Notes under the pieces: generated by a model
The model's database searches: none
What the model was told of the DNA's origin: nothing
Seen by the model: the letters and a program-made list of their open reading frames with translations, nothing else
Shown here: positions 17,939-26,712 of the stretch, piece by piece
How positions within the stretch are numbered: position 1 is the stretch's first letter
Layout: each line of letters opens with the position of its first letter
Program-made: the position numbers and the translations under genes
From: a virus
Lineage: Duplodnaviria > Caudoviricetes
Direction: 5' to 3' (one strand)
DNA: 30,140 bases
Virus record (IMG/VR): IMGVR_UViG_3300027679_000026
Span: 1-30,140 of that record

Positions 17939-18552
17939 ACTCTGTTCTCATAGAATACAAATGGACCACTCCATGCAATTTGATCTCTTTCAGTTAATGT
18001 CCATTTAGGAAACTCTGTACAAATTACAGTCCACACGCAATTACTGCCAACACGCAATGCTACACCGGTAGCAGTTGTTTCTTCTACGGCACGGTTAAGT
18101 GTTACAGAGTTACTATTATAAGCAACATCAGCCGCAACGCGGTAAACTTTGCCTGTTGAACCTAATTGTATGTAATCACCTGCCTTGAACTTATAGCCTG
18201 AACTAGTTGTTGGACTTGTTGTCAAAGTAATTGTAGTACTACCACCAGTAATGCTGGCAACAAATCCTGTTGAGTTAGCCGAATCACCTTGGTACTTGTA
18301 TAACCAAGCATGACCACTGGCGTTGATACTGATTGTACCAGTACCAACACGACCCAATACTTCTGCTTTGCTAATCAAACCACGGTAGTTAGTCCAACTT
18401 AGCCCATCAGGAAGTTTAACTGTAAACCTCCAAATACCGCCTCCTCGGCTAGTAGCACGGACAGTATTGTTGCGACTAATTGATTGGCCAACTATTTGTT
18501 GCGTATCAATTGATAATTGTTCTGAGTTATCTATAATCCATTGAAATGACAT
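17935..18552 (-). CDS. Distal tail protein
   Basis: Immediately after the tape measure gene; beta-rich, with WRFTV and FKAGDYIQ...KVYRV motifs. Confidence 0.6.
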   Translation of the reverse strand: MSFQWIIDNSEQLSIDTQQIVGQSISRNNTVRATSRGGGIWRFTVKLPDGLSWTNYRGLISKAEVLGRVGTGTISINASGHAWLYKYQGDSANSTGFVASITGGSTTITLTTSPTTSSGYKFKAGDYIQLGSTGKVYRVAADVAYNSNSVTLNRAVEETTATGVALRVGSNCVWTVICTEFPKWTLTERDQIAWSGPFVFYENRV

Positions 18553-20822
18553 TATCTTGCTCCTGGTAGGCGTCTACGCCCTTGTTCTGCGACAGCATGT
18601 AAAAATGTTGGATCAGCCGCAAGCATTTGTTTAAAACTGTTTGCATCAACAGCATTGATATTATAAGTTACAGCTTGGCCACCTAGTGCTCCATTAGGAA
18701 TAACTGTTCCTGAAGAGTTTGGTACAAATAATTCTGGGCCACGCTCGCCTACAATATATGGTTTGTTAGCACTGGCAGGGCCGCCGTCAGCTAAGAAGCC
18801 AAAGAGTCCACCGAGGCCAAGTAATCCTGAACCCGACTTACCAGCTCTGCCACTGCCGCCTGTTAGTATGTTCATGGCTAATTGTTTAGTTTCAATGCGG
18901 ATCATTTCTTTAATGATATCATCAGCAAACTGTTTCCAACCAAACTTGCCTGTTGTAAAGAAACGGAATAATGAATCTTCAAGGCTTTGTGAAAGGGCAC
19001 TAAAGATTTTAGTAGCTTTATCTGCGGCATTGGTTGCGGCATCTACATATTCATTGAATGATTTACTCCAGCCAGCACTAAAAGTTCGAGAAGCCGCTAA
19101 TGATCGTTGTTCAAAATCAATAACTGCTTGGGTACTTCCTTTTATTGCAAGCCGTTGACTTGATAGCCCTTCAAAGACCTTTTGGCGTGCTTCTTTGCTT
19201 ATATTCAATCCTTGAGACTCAGCCAAGAATGCTTCTTGGAAAGCCATTTGCAAATCATCTACTTTACCAATTTGGTCGCTAACTTTAATAGTTGCCCGTT
19301 CTAGTACTTGGCTAATATTAAGTTGGTCGGTGGCGCCCATGGTGTTAATTTTTTCAGCAATGGCACTACGCTCTTTTAATACAGCATTGATTTGATTTTC
19401 TAAAGTGATAGTACTATTACTTCTAGCTTGTCCTGCAATTTTATATTTTAACTCATTCTTTAACAAATCATCCTGTGCTGTATTAGTGATTTCAAATGTT
19501 TTCTTTAAGTCATCATAACTACTTTTCTTTTGTTCAACTGCGGTTATCCCACCTTCAATGGCTATTTTTTCAGCGGCAGCTCGTGCTAGTATTCCATTCT
19601 TTTCTTCATTATATAGGCCAGCATTTCTCTTGCGTGAGTCGCCATCCATTGCATTATACTTTTCTTTAAGTTTGTTTAATGCATCTTGGGCCTCTTGCTC
19701 AATTCGTGCTCGCTCTTCTACAATTTTCTTTTGTTCTTGGCTTAGTCCAATAGTTTGATATTCTAAATTAAATTTGGCTGCGGCTTTGGTAAGGTTATCG
19801 TCTAATGCTTTACCAATTTCACGAAGTGATGTTTGTTCTTTCTTTAAAGCCTCATTTAAACCTTCTTGGTTACGAGTGCCTTGCTGTGTTTTTGCATTAT
19901 TTTTATCTTGTTGGTCGCCGGAGTCCTTCATGATGCCAAAATAACTAGCAATACTTGGACCTATGGCAAGTAATGCTGTAGCAATAGCAACAAATGGATT
20001 ACGGGCGGCAACAACTGTTAAGGTTTTAACAAGATTAATTAAACTAGCAAAGCCAGCTAGTACTGCTGGGGCCGCAACTAAAGCAACGCCAATGCCTAGT
20101 AATCTAAATCCAACAACAGCCGCATCAATACTAAATGGTAACTTAGATAGTAACCAAAAGATTGGTTGGAATGCTTCGGCAAATGCTAGTTTTATCTTGC
20201 CAAGAATACCAACAATATTATCCCAAGCGGCGCCAGCAGTTTCAATAGCACCAGCATAGGGTCTCATATCTTCAACAGCTTGCTTTTGTGCGGCCGCAAA
20301 CTTTTCAATATCAACACCAACTAAACTCTTACCAAAAATATCCATTGCTAATGCATTACGCTCAATTGGATCTTTAATGGCCGCTAGGTTTGCCAGTAGT
20401 TTATCTTTTAATTCTGTATTACTAAGCCTGCCAAGTTCGCCAATGCTAACACCTAGCCTATTGAATGTGTTTAATGACTTAAGATTGCCACCGTTGGCTT
20501 CTTCAATCTTATTGCTCATGGTCTGGAACATCTTGCCGACATTCTCAGCCTTGCCACCGTTGGCAACCAAGGCTTTACTTAGGCCAAGGACTTGTTCAAT
20601 AGCAACAGAGTTAGCTGAAGCAATATCGCTAATATCATCAGCGTATGCGGCAACAGCAACACCTGTAGCAACTAATGCCGCTCCAAGGGTTTTGGCATGG
20701 TCTGCCATCTTACCAAACTTATCTTTAAATTCGTTTGAAAGTGTATCAAGCCTTTTAGAAAGTCTATCTAATTCTCTAATCGCAGGATTTGCATCAGCAC
20801 TTAATATAATGGTATCGGCCAT
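18552..20822 (-). CDS. Tail tape measure protein
   Basis: 756-aa Ala/Leu/Lys-rich helical protein with a hydrophobic middle segment and a lambda-type C-terminus (GW..Y...A.NAA; FLADGG...YIVGERGPELFVPNSSG.VIPN). Confidence 0.93.
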   Translation of the reverse strand: MADTIILSADANPAIRELDRLSKRLDTLSNEFKDKFGKMADHAKTLGAALVATGVAVAAYADDISDIASANSVAIEQVLGLSKALVANGGKAENVGKMFQTMSNKIEEANGGNLKSLNTFNRLGVSIGELGRLSNTELKDKLLANLAAIKDPIERNALAMDIFGKSLVGVDIEKFAAAQKQAVEDMRPYAGAIETAGAAWDNIVGILGKIKLAFAEAFQPIFWLLSKLPFSIDAAVVGFRLLGIGVALVAAPAVLAGFASLINLVKTLTVVAARNPFVAIATALLAIGPSIASYFGIMKDSGDQQDKNNAKTQQGTRNQEGLNEALKKEQTSLREIGKALDDNLTKAAAKFNLEYQTIGLSQEQKKIVEERARIEQEAQDALNKLKEKYNAMDGDSRKRNAGLYNEEKNGILARAAAEKIAIEGGITAVEQKKSSYDDLKKTFEITNTAQDDLLKNELKYKIAGQARSNSTITLENQINAVLKERSAIAEKINTMGATDQLNISQVLERATIKVSDQIGKVDDLQMAFQEAFLAESQGLNISKEARQKVFEGLSSQRLAIKGSTQAVIDFEQRSLAASRTFSAGWSKSFNEYVDAATNAADKATKIFSALSQSLEDSLFRFFTTGKFGWKQFADDIIKEMIRIETKQLAMNILTGGSGRAGKSGSGLLGLGGLFGFLADGGPASANKPYIVGERGPELFVPNSSGTVIPNGALGGQAVTYNINAVDANSFKQMLAADPTFLHAVAEQGRRRLPGAR

Positions 20823-20823
20823 A

Positions 20824-21141
20824 TTATTTCTTTCCAGTTAATTGTTGACCAGTAATCTGGCGTACTCTATCACGGATGTATTTTTTAGTTGGCTCAGTCA
20901 TACCTTTACCACCATATTGTTTACTCCATCCAGTATCAAGGCGCTGTGCATATGGATAATCAGCCCGTATGTCGGAACCCCTTAGAGTTGTATTACGGCG
21001 AGCATTTCCAGTATCAACAGGTGTAATAGAAACCCAGTAATTATACGAGTCAACCGGCAGTTTTGCCAATTGGTTCCTAACACCTTTTAATTTATCTAAG
21101 GTTGTTTTTGCTGAAAATTGTACTTTAAATTCAATACTCAT
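20824..21141 (-). CDS. HK97-gp10-like tail completion/neck protein
   Basis: TPVDTGNARR...YA.RL..G.SKQ...GM motif. Confidence 0.7.
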   Translation of the reverse strand: MSIEFKVQFSAKTTLDKLKGVRNQLAKLPVDSYNYWVSITPVDTGNARRNTTLRGSDIRADYPYAQRLDTGWSKQYGGKGMTEPTKKYIRDRVRQITGQQLTGKK

Positions 21142-21356
21142 ACTTCGCCCCTTGCTTGTTTAATCATAGCCAACATTTCGGATTGGCTAGGAAGTTTTTC
21201 CTTTGGTACTGTACCATCAGCTTTAGCCTGTTGGTAATTAATCCATTTGGTACTAACATCAAGCACATATAAGTCAAATGTTGTACCTCTAACTAACACT
21301 TCGCTTGGCAAACACTTATACTTCTCGGCAAGGTTGTTTAGTGTTAGTATCATCAT
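21138..21356 (-). CDS. Tail assembly chaperone, frameshift-extended part (lambda gpT-like)
   Basis: Open -1 frame continuous from the slippery site at 21395-21401; LAEKYKCLPSEV motif. Confidence 0.75.
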   Translation of the reverse strand: MMILTLNNLAEKYKCLPSEVLVRGTTFDLYVLDVSTKWINYQQAKADGTVPKEKLPSQSEMLAMIKQARGEV

Positions 21357-21391
21357 TACATCCTGGTCTTCCCAGTCAGGATCCTCGCCAA

Positions 21392-21688
21392 TTACTTTCC
21401 CAATAAATCTACAATTTTACCAATAACCTTAAGTAATACTCCACTTGGCAACATGTTATCGCCTTGTATAACTTCCTTACCATTTTCATCAAGGATAAGT
21501 GTTTTAACAATGTCAATCATTTTACTAGCATCATTTTGGCTTGAGCTAGCTAGTTTCATAAATGTATCTAATGGTTGGCGATCCCATGTCCAGAATTCAA
21601 TAGCCTCACCGAATTCTTTGATGATTTCTTTGTCGTCAATAACCATTTTAATTAGTTGGGGTTTTGCTGATAGTTGTGATAATTTCAT
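21392..21688 (-). CDS. Tail assembly chaperone (lambda gpG-like)
   Basis: Between the tail tube and tape measure genes; ends TTG GGA AAG TAA. Confidence 0.8.
   Translation of the reverse strand: MKLSQLSAKPQLIKMVIDDKEIIKEFGEAIEFWTWDRQPLDTFMKLASSSQNDASKMIDIVKTLILDENGKEVIQGDNMLPSGVLLKVIGKIVDLLGK
21395..21401 (-). other. -1 programmed ribosomal frameshift site G GGA AAG
   Basis: Same heptamer as the lambda G-T site. The -1 frame reads GKVIGEDPDWEDQDVMMILTL... into the downstream ORF. Confidence 0.85.
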
Positions 21689-21691
21689 CTG

Positions 21692-21865
21692 TTAATCTCC
21701 TTGTCTGTTAATCAGTTTGTTAGTAACTGCTAAAGCGAAACTTAGTCGCCCGGTTACTTTTTCTAAATCTTGTTTAGCGCACCTTAATTCATTGCTAGTT
21801 TTAGCTAGTTCTGCTATTAGGCTACGCAGTAATTCATCATCGGTCTTTTGATCTAAAATATCCAT
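21692..21865 (-). CDS. Hypothetical coiled-coil protein (57 aa, MDILDQKTD...)
   Basis: GGAG RBS before ATG 21865, downstream of a TAAATA box. The track's longer version overlaps the terminator. Confidence 0.65.
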   Translation of the reverse strand: MDILDQKTDDELLRSLIAELAKTSNELRCAKQDLEKVTGRLSFALAVTNKLINRQGD

Positions 21866-21882
21866 AAATCTGTCTCCACTCA

Positions 21883-21888
21883 TATTTA
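21883..21888 (-). promoter_or_regulatory. TAAATA box restarting transcription for the chaperone/tape measure/tail tip genes
   Basis: Minus strand GGTAAATATG, directly after the 21895-21926 terminator. Confidence 0.55.
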
Positions 21889-21894
21889 CCTGCT

Positions 21895-21926
21895 GAAAAG
21901 AAAATAGGGTCAATAAAGACCCTATT
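21895..21926 (-). terminator. Intrinsic terminator after the tail tube gene
   Basis: Minus strand AATAGGGTC-TTTATT-GACCCTATT-TTCTTTT. Confidence 0.85.
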
Positions 21927-21943
21927 CGCTTATCTAACTTAGA

Positions 21944-22432
21944 TTAAGACTCTGTTGCGGCTACTGCGTACTCACCACTTACTGTAATAGTAATAGGTGT
22001 TACCCATACAGGGCTGTCAGCAGATACAGTTGGTGCTAGACCAGTTATGTATCCAACGCCAGACAAGTAACGGTCTGAGCTTGAGTTTTCAACCATCTTC
22101 AAACTAAATTTGATTTTAGTTTTGTTACGGCTTAGACCCATAAGTCCTTGTAATGCCACTGTGTCAGTTTGACCTGCGTTCAGTGTTGTGCCGAAGAAGG
22201 TAGCATCATCAACAACCAAGCTCATTCCTAAGCTGTTTGTTGAAGTTGTTGCCACTTGTTGCTTGGCTGTTGTGTCAAGTTGACTCCATGTGAATACATC
22301 ATTGGCAGCGTTAACAGTAATGTTCTGTAGTCCAGGTACTGTTAAGGCTGTAGTCCAACCGGATGTTCCACTTAATTCGACCTTAAGTACAACTTGACTT
22401 GCTGTACCCGGTGCTGGTGAAATATATGCCAT
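21944..22432 (-). CDS. Major tail tube protein
   Basis: 162-aa beta-rich protein ending G.GYITGLAPTVSADSPVW.TPITITV.GEY, with a strong TAAGGAG RBS, upstream of the chaperones. Confidence 0.8.
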   Translation of the reverse strand: MAYISPAPGTASQVVLKVELSGTSGWTTALTVPGLQNITVNAANDVFTWSQLDTTAKQQVATTSTNSLGMSLVVDDATFFGTTLNAGQTDTVALQGLMGLSRNKTKIKFSLKMVENSSSDRYLSGVGYITGLAPTVSADSPVWVTPITITVSGEYAVAATES

Positions 22433-22442
22433 ATTAGGCTCC

Positions 22443-22838
22443 TTATGTTGTTAGTTTGGTAAATCTGAATTCAAATTCAGTAATCATTAGATCGTTTTCA
22501 AAACTAGTTGAGTTGTTAACTTCTCTACGGAAATAATTCTCCGTAGTCGTAACACCTTTAGCTAGCCTTATGTCAGATACTGTTGTACTATAATCTGATG
22601 GAAGCTGTTTTGCGTCTGTTGAAAAATAAAGTCTGACTGAATGTAGTTCAGAGTCAATGTTGTAGTCGCCAAGTAATTGTATGAATGGTTCATTAGTCAC
22701 TTGTTCTAAGTCTACATACACACGCTTGAGATTTTTCAAATACATTGCTGTACCTGAATTACTAAACGGTAACTCATCGCTGATGTTAAAGTTTTTCAAC
22801 TTTAACCCTTTTAGATAGTCTAGAATCTCTTCTCTCAT
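22443..22838 (-). CDS. Putative tail terminator / neck protein
   Basis: Size (131 aa) and position between adaptor and tail tube genes; inferred from synteny only. Confidence 0.55.
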   Translation of the reverse strand: MREEILDYLKGLKLKNFNISDELPFSNSGTAMYLKNLKRVYVDLEQVTNEPFIQLLGDYNIDSELHSVRLYFSTDAKQLPSDYSTTVSDIRLAKGVTTTENYFRREVNNSTSFENDLMITEFEFRFTKLTT

Positions 22839-23347
22839 CTTACTCTTCTTAAATTAGAATAGCCGGGACTCTTTTCTCCGCTAGCGATTGTGCCGCTATC
22901 ATCGAAATCGTACCAGTCACCTGCTGATATAAGTTCATCAAATAAGCCTGTGCTTTTTTGAGCATAGTAACCCATCTTTTGACGCTCTGCATTGTCCTCA
23001 GTGCCGAAGTCAGCAATCTTTGGCAGGATAAATTCACTAAGTGCTGTGTAAACACAAAGGTCAGTAAAGTCATTCTGTCTTGCTTTGATTCGTTCTGGAT
23101 CTAATGCTGGAATATCTGCGGAGGTGTTAAGGGTAGTATTAGTAGTATCACGCTTGGCGTAATAACTAAACCACCAGCTAGTAGAACGCATCTTTGTAAG
23201 GATGCGTTCTGTAGCTCTTTCAAGTAAAGGTTCTACTACATCTTCAGACAGGCTTTCATTAGTATCAAAAAGTCGTGAATCACGATCCACTACATCTTGG
23301 TACTCAGCAAAACTGATTACAGTTGTTCCGTTGTTAATGAAAGCCAT
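22835..23347 (-). CDS. Putative head-tail adaptor
   Basis: First gene after the capsid gene; helical, with FAEYQDV...LERATERI and a C-terminal DxDxSG..RRVR motif. Confidence 0.6.
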   Translation of the reverse strand: MAFINNGTTVISFAEYQDVVDRDSRLFDTNESLSEDVVEPLLERATERILTKMRSTSWWFSYYAKRDTTNTTLNTSADIPALDPERIKARQNDFTDLCVYTALSEFILPKIADFGTEDNAERQKMGYYAQKSTGLFDELISAGDWYDFDDSGTIASGEKSPGYSNLRRVR

Positions 23348-23360
23348 CTCTATTCTCCGA

Positions 23361-24221
23361 TTAACTCAATGAGCTATCAAACTTCAAATAACGACCTAAT
23401 GCATCTTGAAGTTCACCAACACCATAATGGCAACTTGCTACGATTTCTGTAGACAAGTAATCAATACGACGAGCTGTTTCAATTTGAACATCACCAATTA
23501 AAGCAAGTCCTAAAGCATCACGATGGAACACAGCGCCTGGGAAGTCACCAGCGTTAGTTACATAGTCAATGTTAGCTGTTTCATAAATTGGAATACCAGC
23601 TAATTGCATTACATAACCTTGACGCATTGCTTCGTTACCAACTTCACTGTAAGCACCCATTGAGAACGCGGCAGTTGAACCACCTAATGTCAATGCGGCT
23701 TTTAAGTCATAAGCAACTTCTGGGTGTAATACACAAACCATACCGTCCATGCCAACACCAGCACCACGCAATTTAGCTACGCTATTAAAGATTGAAGCCG
23801 CAGTTGCCGCACCAGTATAGTCACCTACACCAGCTGAGAAACCAGCGAACAAAGCTGTTAAGTCTTTGTCAATCTTACGAGCAATACCTTCACCGAATAA
23901 ACGGCCTAGGTCAGCAACTACATTGCTAGAAGAACTAGCAACTGACAAGTCAGAAACCATAGTACGGATTGCGTTAGTAGCAACAGTTAATGTTGCGCCT
24001 GAAGTTGAAACATCAGTGTTAGAAACAATGTCACCTTCAGTGATAGCGGCTGCTGACACTTGAGGATAGATTGGAACTGTTACTGTCTTACCTTGGCCTG
24101 CGCCAAGTGTATAATTCTTTACGAGACCGCGCATAATAGAACGCTCGTTTGCTACGAACATTGCTTCAGCTACAATAGCTGGCAATAGGTCGTTTAAAGT
24201 TGTTGTTGTTGAACCGGCCAT
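23361..24221 (-). CDS. Major capsid protein (HK97 fold)
   Basis: GKTVTVP..., A..EG, LG..IARKIDKDL, LHP.V..DL, G.PIYET.N, FHRDALGL, YGV.EL motifs. AGGAG RBS; follows the scaffold gene. Confidence 0.9.
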   Translation of the reverse strand: MAGSTTTTLNDLLPAIVAEAMFVANERSIMRGLVKNYTLGAGQGKTVTVPIYPQVSAAAITEGDIVSNTDVSTSGATLTVATNAIRTMVSDLSVASSSSNVVADLGRLFGEGIARKIDKDLTALFAGFSAGVGDYTGAATAASIFNSVAKLRGAGVGMDGMVCVLHPEVAYDLKAALTLGGSTAAFSMGAYSEVGNEAMRQGYVMQLAGIPIYETANIDYVTNAGDFPGAVFHRDALGLALIGDVQIETARRIDYLSTEIVASCHYGVGELQDALGRYLKFDSSLS

Positions 24222-24240
24222 AATAATTCTCCTTTAGTAA

Positions 24241-24924
24241 TTAGGCTATACCGTTAGCTTTGCGGTGTTCCGCATATAGCTTCCGATGTTCTGGTTTAGT
24301 CATATCTAATTTAGATATATCTAATTTTCCGCTAGTCCCTCCAGAGATACTTGACTTCGTATTAGTAGTGCTTGGGCTTGCTAGTTTGAAGTGCGGATTC
24401 GAATCCAAGAATTCTCGCACTAAATCGTCAACACCAATAGGTTCACCCTTATCGTTGTATCGGACACTACCTTTACCGTCTACTACTTCTACATCACCAT
24501 CCATATTCATTCTTACTTGGTTACTTAATAATGCTTTTACCTGTTCCGCATTCACAGCGTTATGCTTGGCCGCGGCACTAAGGATAGGCACATTAACTTT
24601 GTATTCTTGAATAATGCTATCTCTTTTTTGGATTTCGGAATCCTTTTTAGCCGCTAATTCTTGTAGTGTTCTTTCGAACTCGCCACGCTTGATTGCTTGT
24701 TCCTGTTGTTTCTTCTCATGTTCAGTTTTAATTGAACGAAGTTCTTCAGGATCACCCAAGTCTGCATATGGTTTCAGAAGTTTCTTTTCTAATGAGCCAC
24801 GCATACGGGCCATCATATTGTCTACTTCATCTTGACTATAAGTTTTAGTTGCTTGTGCCTGATTTCCTAAATCTAATTCAGCCGCATCAGTTGCGTTTTC
24901 ATTGCCTATGTTTGTATCGCTCAT
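24241..24924 (-). CDS. Capsid scaffolding protein
   Basis: KTYSQDEVD..., charged coiled coil, FL..NPHF...Gly/Ser tail; lies between portal and capsid genes. Confidence 0.8.
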   Translation of the reverse strand: MSDTNIGNENATDAAELDLGNQAQATKTYSQDEVDNMMARMRGSLEKKLLKPYADLGDPEELRSIKTEHEKKQQEQAIKRGEFERTLQELAAKKDSEIQKRDSIIQEYKVNVPILSAAAKHNAVNAEQVKALLSNQVRMNMDGDVEVVDGKGSVRYNDKGEPIGVDDLVREFLDSNPHFKLASPSTTNTKSSISGGTSGKLDISKLDMTKPEHRKLYAEHRKANGIA

Positions 24925-24957
24925 AGTAAGCTCGCCTCCCTTTAGAGTATTGTTGAG

Positions 24958-24965
24958 TATTTATA
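24958..24965 (-). promoter_or_regulatory. TATAAATA box upstream of the scaffold/capsid operon
   Basis: Exact TATAAATA 34 nt before the scaffold ATG, following a hairpin at 24979-24999. Confidence 0.65.
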
Positions 24966-24997
24966 TAGTTCGTAGTAAAACAGCTTAGAAAAGGCTG

Positions 24998-25129
24998 TTA
25001 TCCAGGGGTTGGGTCTGTATTTTCTTCCTGGATAACAGTATCTTCCTCAACAGGGGGGGAATATATTTCAACCTTCTTTAATGTTGACTGACTGTTAATT
25101 ATTAACTGTTCTGCTAGTGTTAATGCCAC
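24998..25129 (-). CDS. Small acidic hypothetical protein (43 aa)
   Basis: Not in the track. GGGAG RBS, GTG start: MALTLAEQLIINSQSTLKKVEIYSPPVEEDTVIQEENTDPTPG*. Confidence 0.5.
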   Translation of the reverse strand: MALTLAEQLIINSQSTLKKVEIYSPPVEEDTVIQEENTDPTPG

Positions 25130-25143
25130 GATTCGCTCCCGTG

Positions 25144-25197
25144 TTAGTACTTTTTAGGAGGCTTCTTACCGCCGCCTTTTTTCTTTCCGTATGCCAT
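25144..25197 (-). CDS. 17-aa Lys/Gly-rich micropeptide
   Basis: Not in the track. TAATG overlap with the portal stop and an AGGAG inside the portal end: MAYGKKKGGGKKPPKKY*. Confidence 0.55.
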   Translation of the reverse strand: MAYGKKKGGGKKPPKKY

Positions 25198-26699
25198 TAG
25201 TACATCTCCTTATGAATCCAACCTTGGTTTGCCAATACAACATGCTCTTCAACAGTAGTAACAGCACGGACTTCTCCCGTCACAGGGTCAGTCATATCGT
25301 GCGGTGTAAACTGATCGTATTCTTCTGGCACAGTATTTGGTGCTATGATACGAGGGTCGCCTAGTGCTCTAAGCTCATCCTCATCTAAGTCTAACCAATC
25401 TAATATTTTCATATCAATTGCGGCTTTAACCCTAGAATCTGCTGGATTAGTATTGGCAGCAATTTGTAGTTGTTCAATCTCTTTGCTGGTATCACGCATA
25501 TTGAAACTGCCGGGATAATCAATACTACCTTCCCATACATAACCCATGTACTCGCACCATAGTTTCCACATCTGCTCTTCAGCAAGTTCCAGATTGTCTG
25601 CTTTTTCGCTTAGTCTAGCATTGAGCAATTGGAATTCTGTTTCCATAGCAACACCAGACATTGAACGGCTTTCAGTAGCACGAACAGCGCCTGTATTGGC
25701 CATTTTATCAATTGAACTTATAGTTGCGGCAATTGATTCGTATATGCTAGTGACTGAAGCACCACTAAACTCTAACAAGTATGGCTTAAGGCCCGGATCC
25801 ATGTTTTCAGGCATGTGTATTAAACTGCCAGCACCAATTCCTGCTTGTGTCTCAGGAGTCTTAACTAGACTTGGATGGCTGTCTAAACGGATTGACTGCG
25901 CTACTTCACTTGTAGCGTTGTAGATAAAACGCTGGGCATCAGCAATGTCAGCAATGTCACTAACACCAATGCCGCGTACTGTTGAACGGCCATTGTAGCA
26001 AACAATAGCAGGTATTTTGCCTAAACCGTTTACTTCATAAATGTCTTCTATGATTAGTGTATTCTTGAGGTCCACAATAGTTGTGCGGATCATTTCTTTA
26101 GTCCATTCTTTAACAGTACGGATGTCACCGTTTACATCTTCTAAGTACTTGAAATAAGTTAATTCAAAGCGTCCACTTGGTTGTCTTGACCAGTTCCAGT
26201 CTAGTACTACCATGGGAGTTAACAATGATGCATATGGACGCACACCCATAGCTTGTTCATCTGCCATAGTAACAGCACCAACATTAGGCTTGGCTAGCAC
26301 AATCCAGCAATGGCCAAACACTGAGCTCCATGTAGCAACATCCTTCATGAATGCATCTAAACTACGGCCATCCATATCAGCATCATTTAAGAAGTCTTGT
26401 AGTTCAGGCAATGGATCAATGCTACAGTATTCACGGTCAGGTTCTTCACGGAAAAGGAAACTGTTATAAACACTAATAACGCTTTGGCAGTGATTGTCTA
26501 ATGGGGTTTCTTTCAAGCGGGCTTGGTATTCCCCATCTGTTTCTAATTGGTAGCGTGTCAAATGCCCTGCTCTGCGGTACTCTTCACCACCTAAGTAGCT
26601 TTCTAACAAGTACTTCCATTGCGGCAAGTATGTTTCTTGTAGCCTGTTGGCACTCATGACTGCGGCTATTTCTGTGCTTAGTGTTTGACTAACATCCAT
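25197..26699 (-). CDS. Portal protein
   Basis: 500 aa, directly after the large terminase. YLGG.EY...YQARL...N, G.IP.., SGVAM..EF..LN..L..KA.NLE.AE motifs resemble SPP1-gp6-like portals. Confidence 0.9.
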   Translation of the reverse strand: MDVSQTLSTEIAAVMSANRLQETYLPQWKYLLESYLGGEEYRRAGHLTRYQLETDGEYQARLKETPLDNHCQSVISVYNSFLFREEPDREYCSIDPLPELQDFLNDADMDGRSLDAFMKDVATWSSVFGHCWIVLAKPNVGAVTMADEQAMGVRPYASLLTPMVVLDWNWSRQPSGRFELTYFKYLEDVNGDIRTVKEWTKEMIRTTIVDLKNTLIIEDIYEVNGLGKIPAIVCYNGRSTVRGIGVSDIADIADAQRFIYNATSEVAQSIRLDSHPSLVKTPETQAGIGAGSLIHMPENMDPGLKPYLLEFSGASVTSIYESIAATISSIDKMANTGAVRATESRSMSGVAMETEFQLLNARLSEKADNLELAEEQMWKLWCEYMGYVWEGSIDYPGSFNMRDTSKEIEQLQIAANTNPADSRVKAAIDMKILDWLDLDEDELRALGDPRIIAPNTVPEEYDQFTPHDMTDPVTGEVRAVTTVEEHVVLANQGWIHKEMY

Positions 26700-26712
26700 A
26701 ATATTTTCCTTG

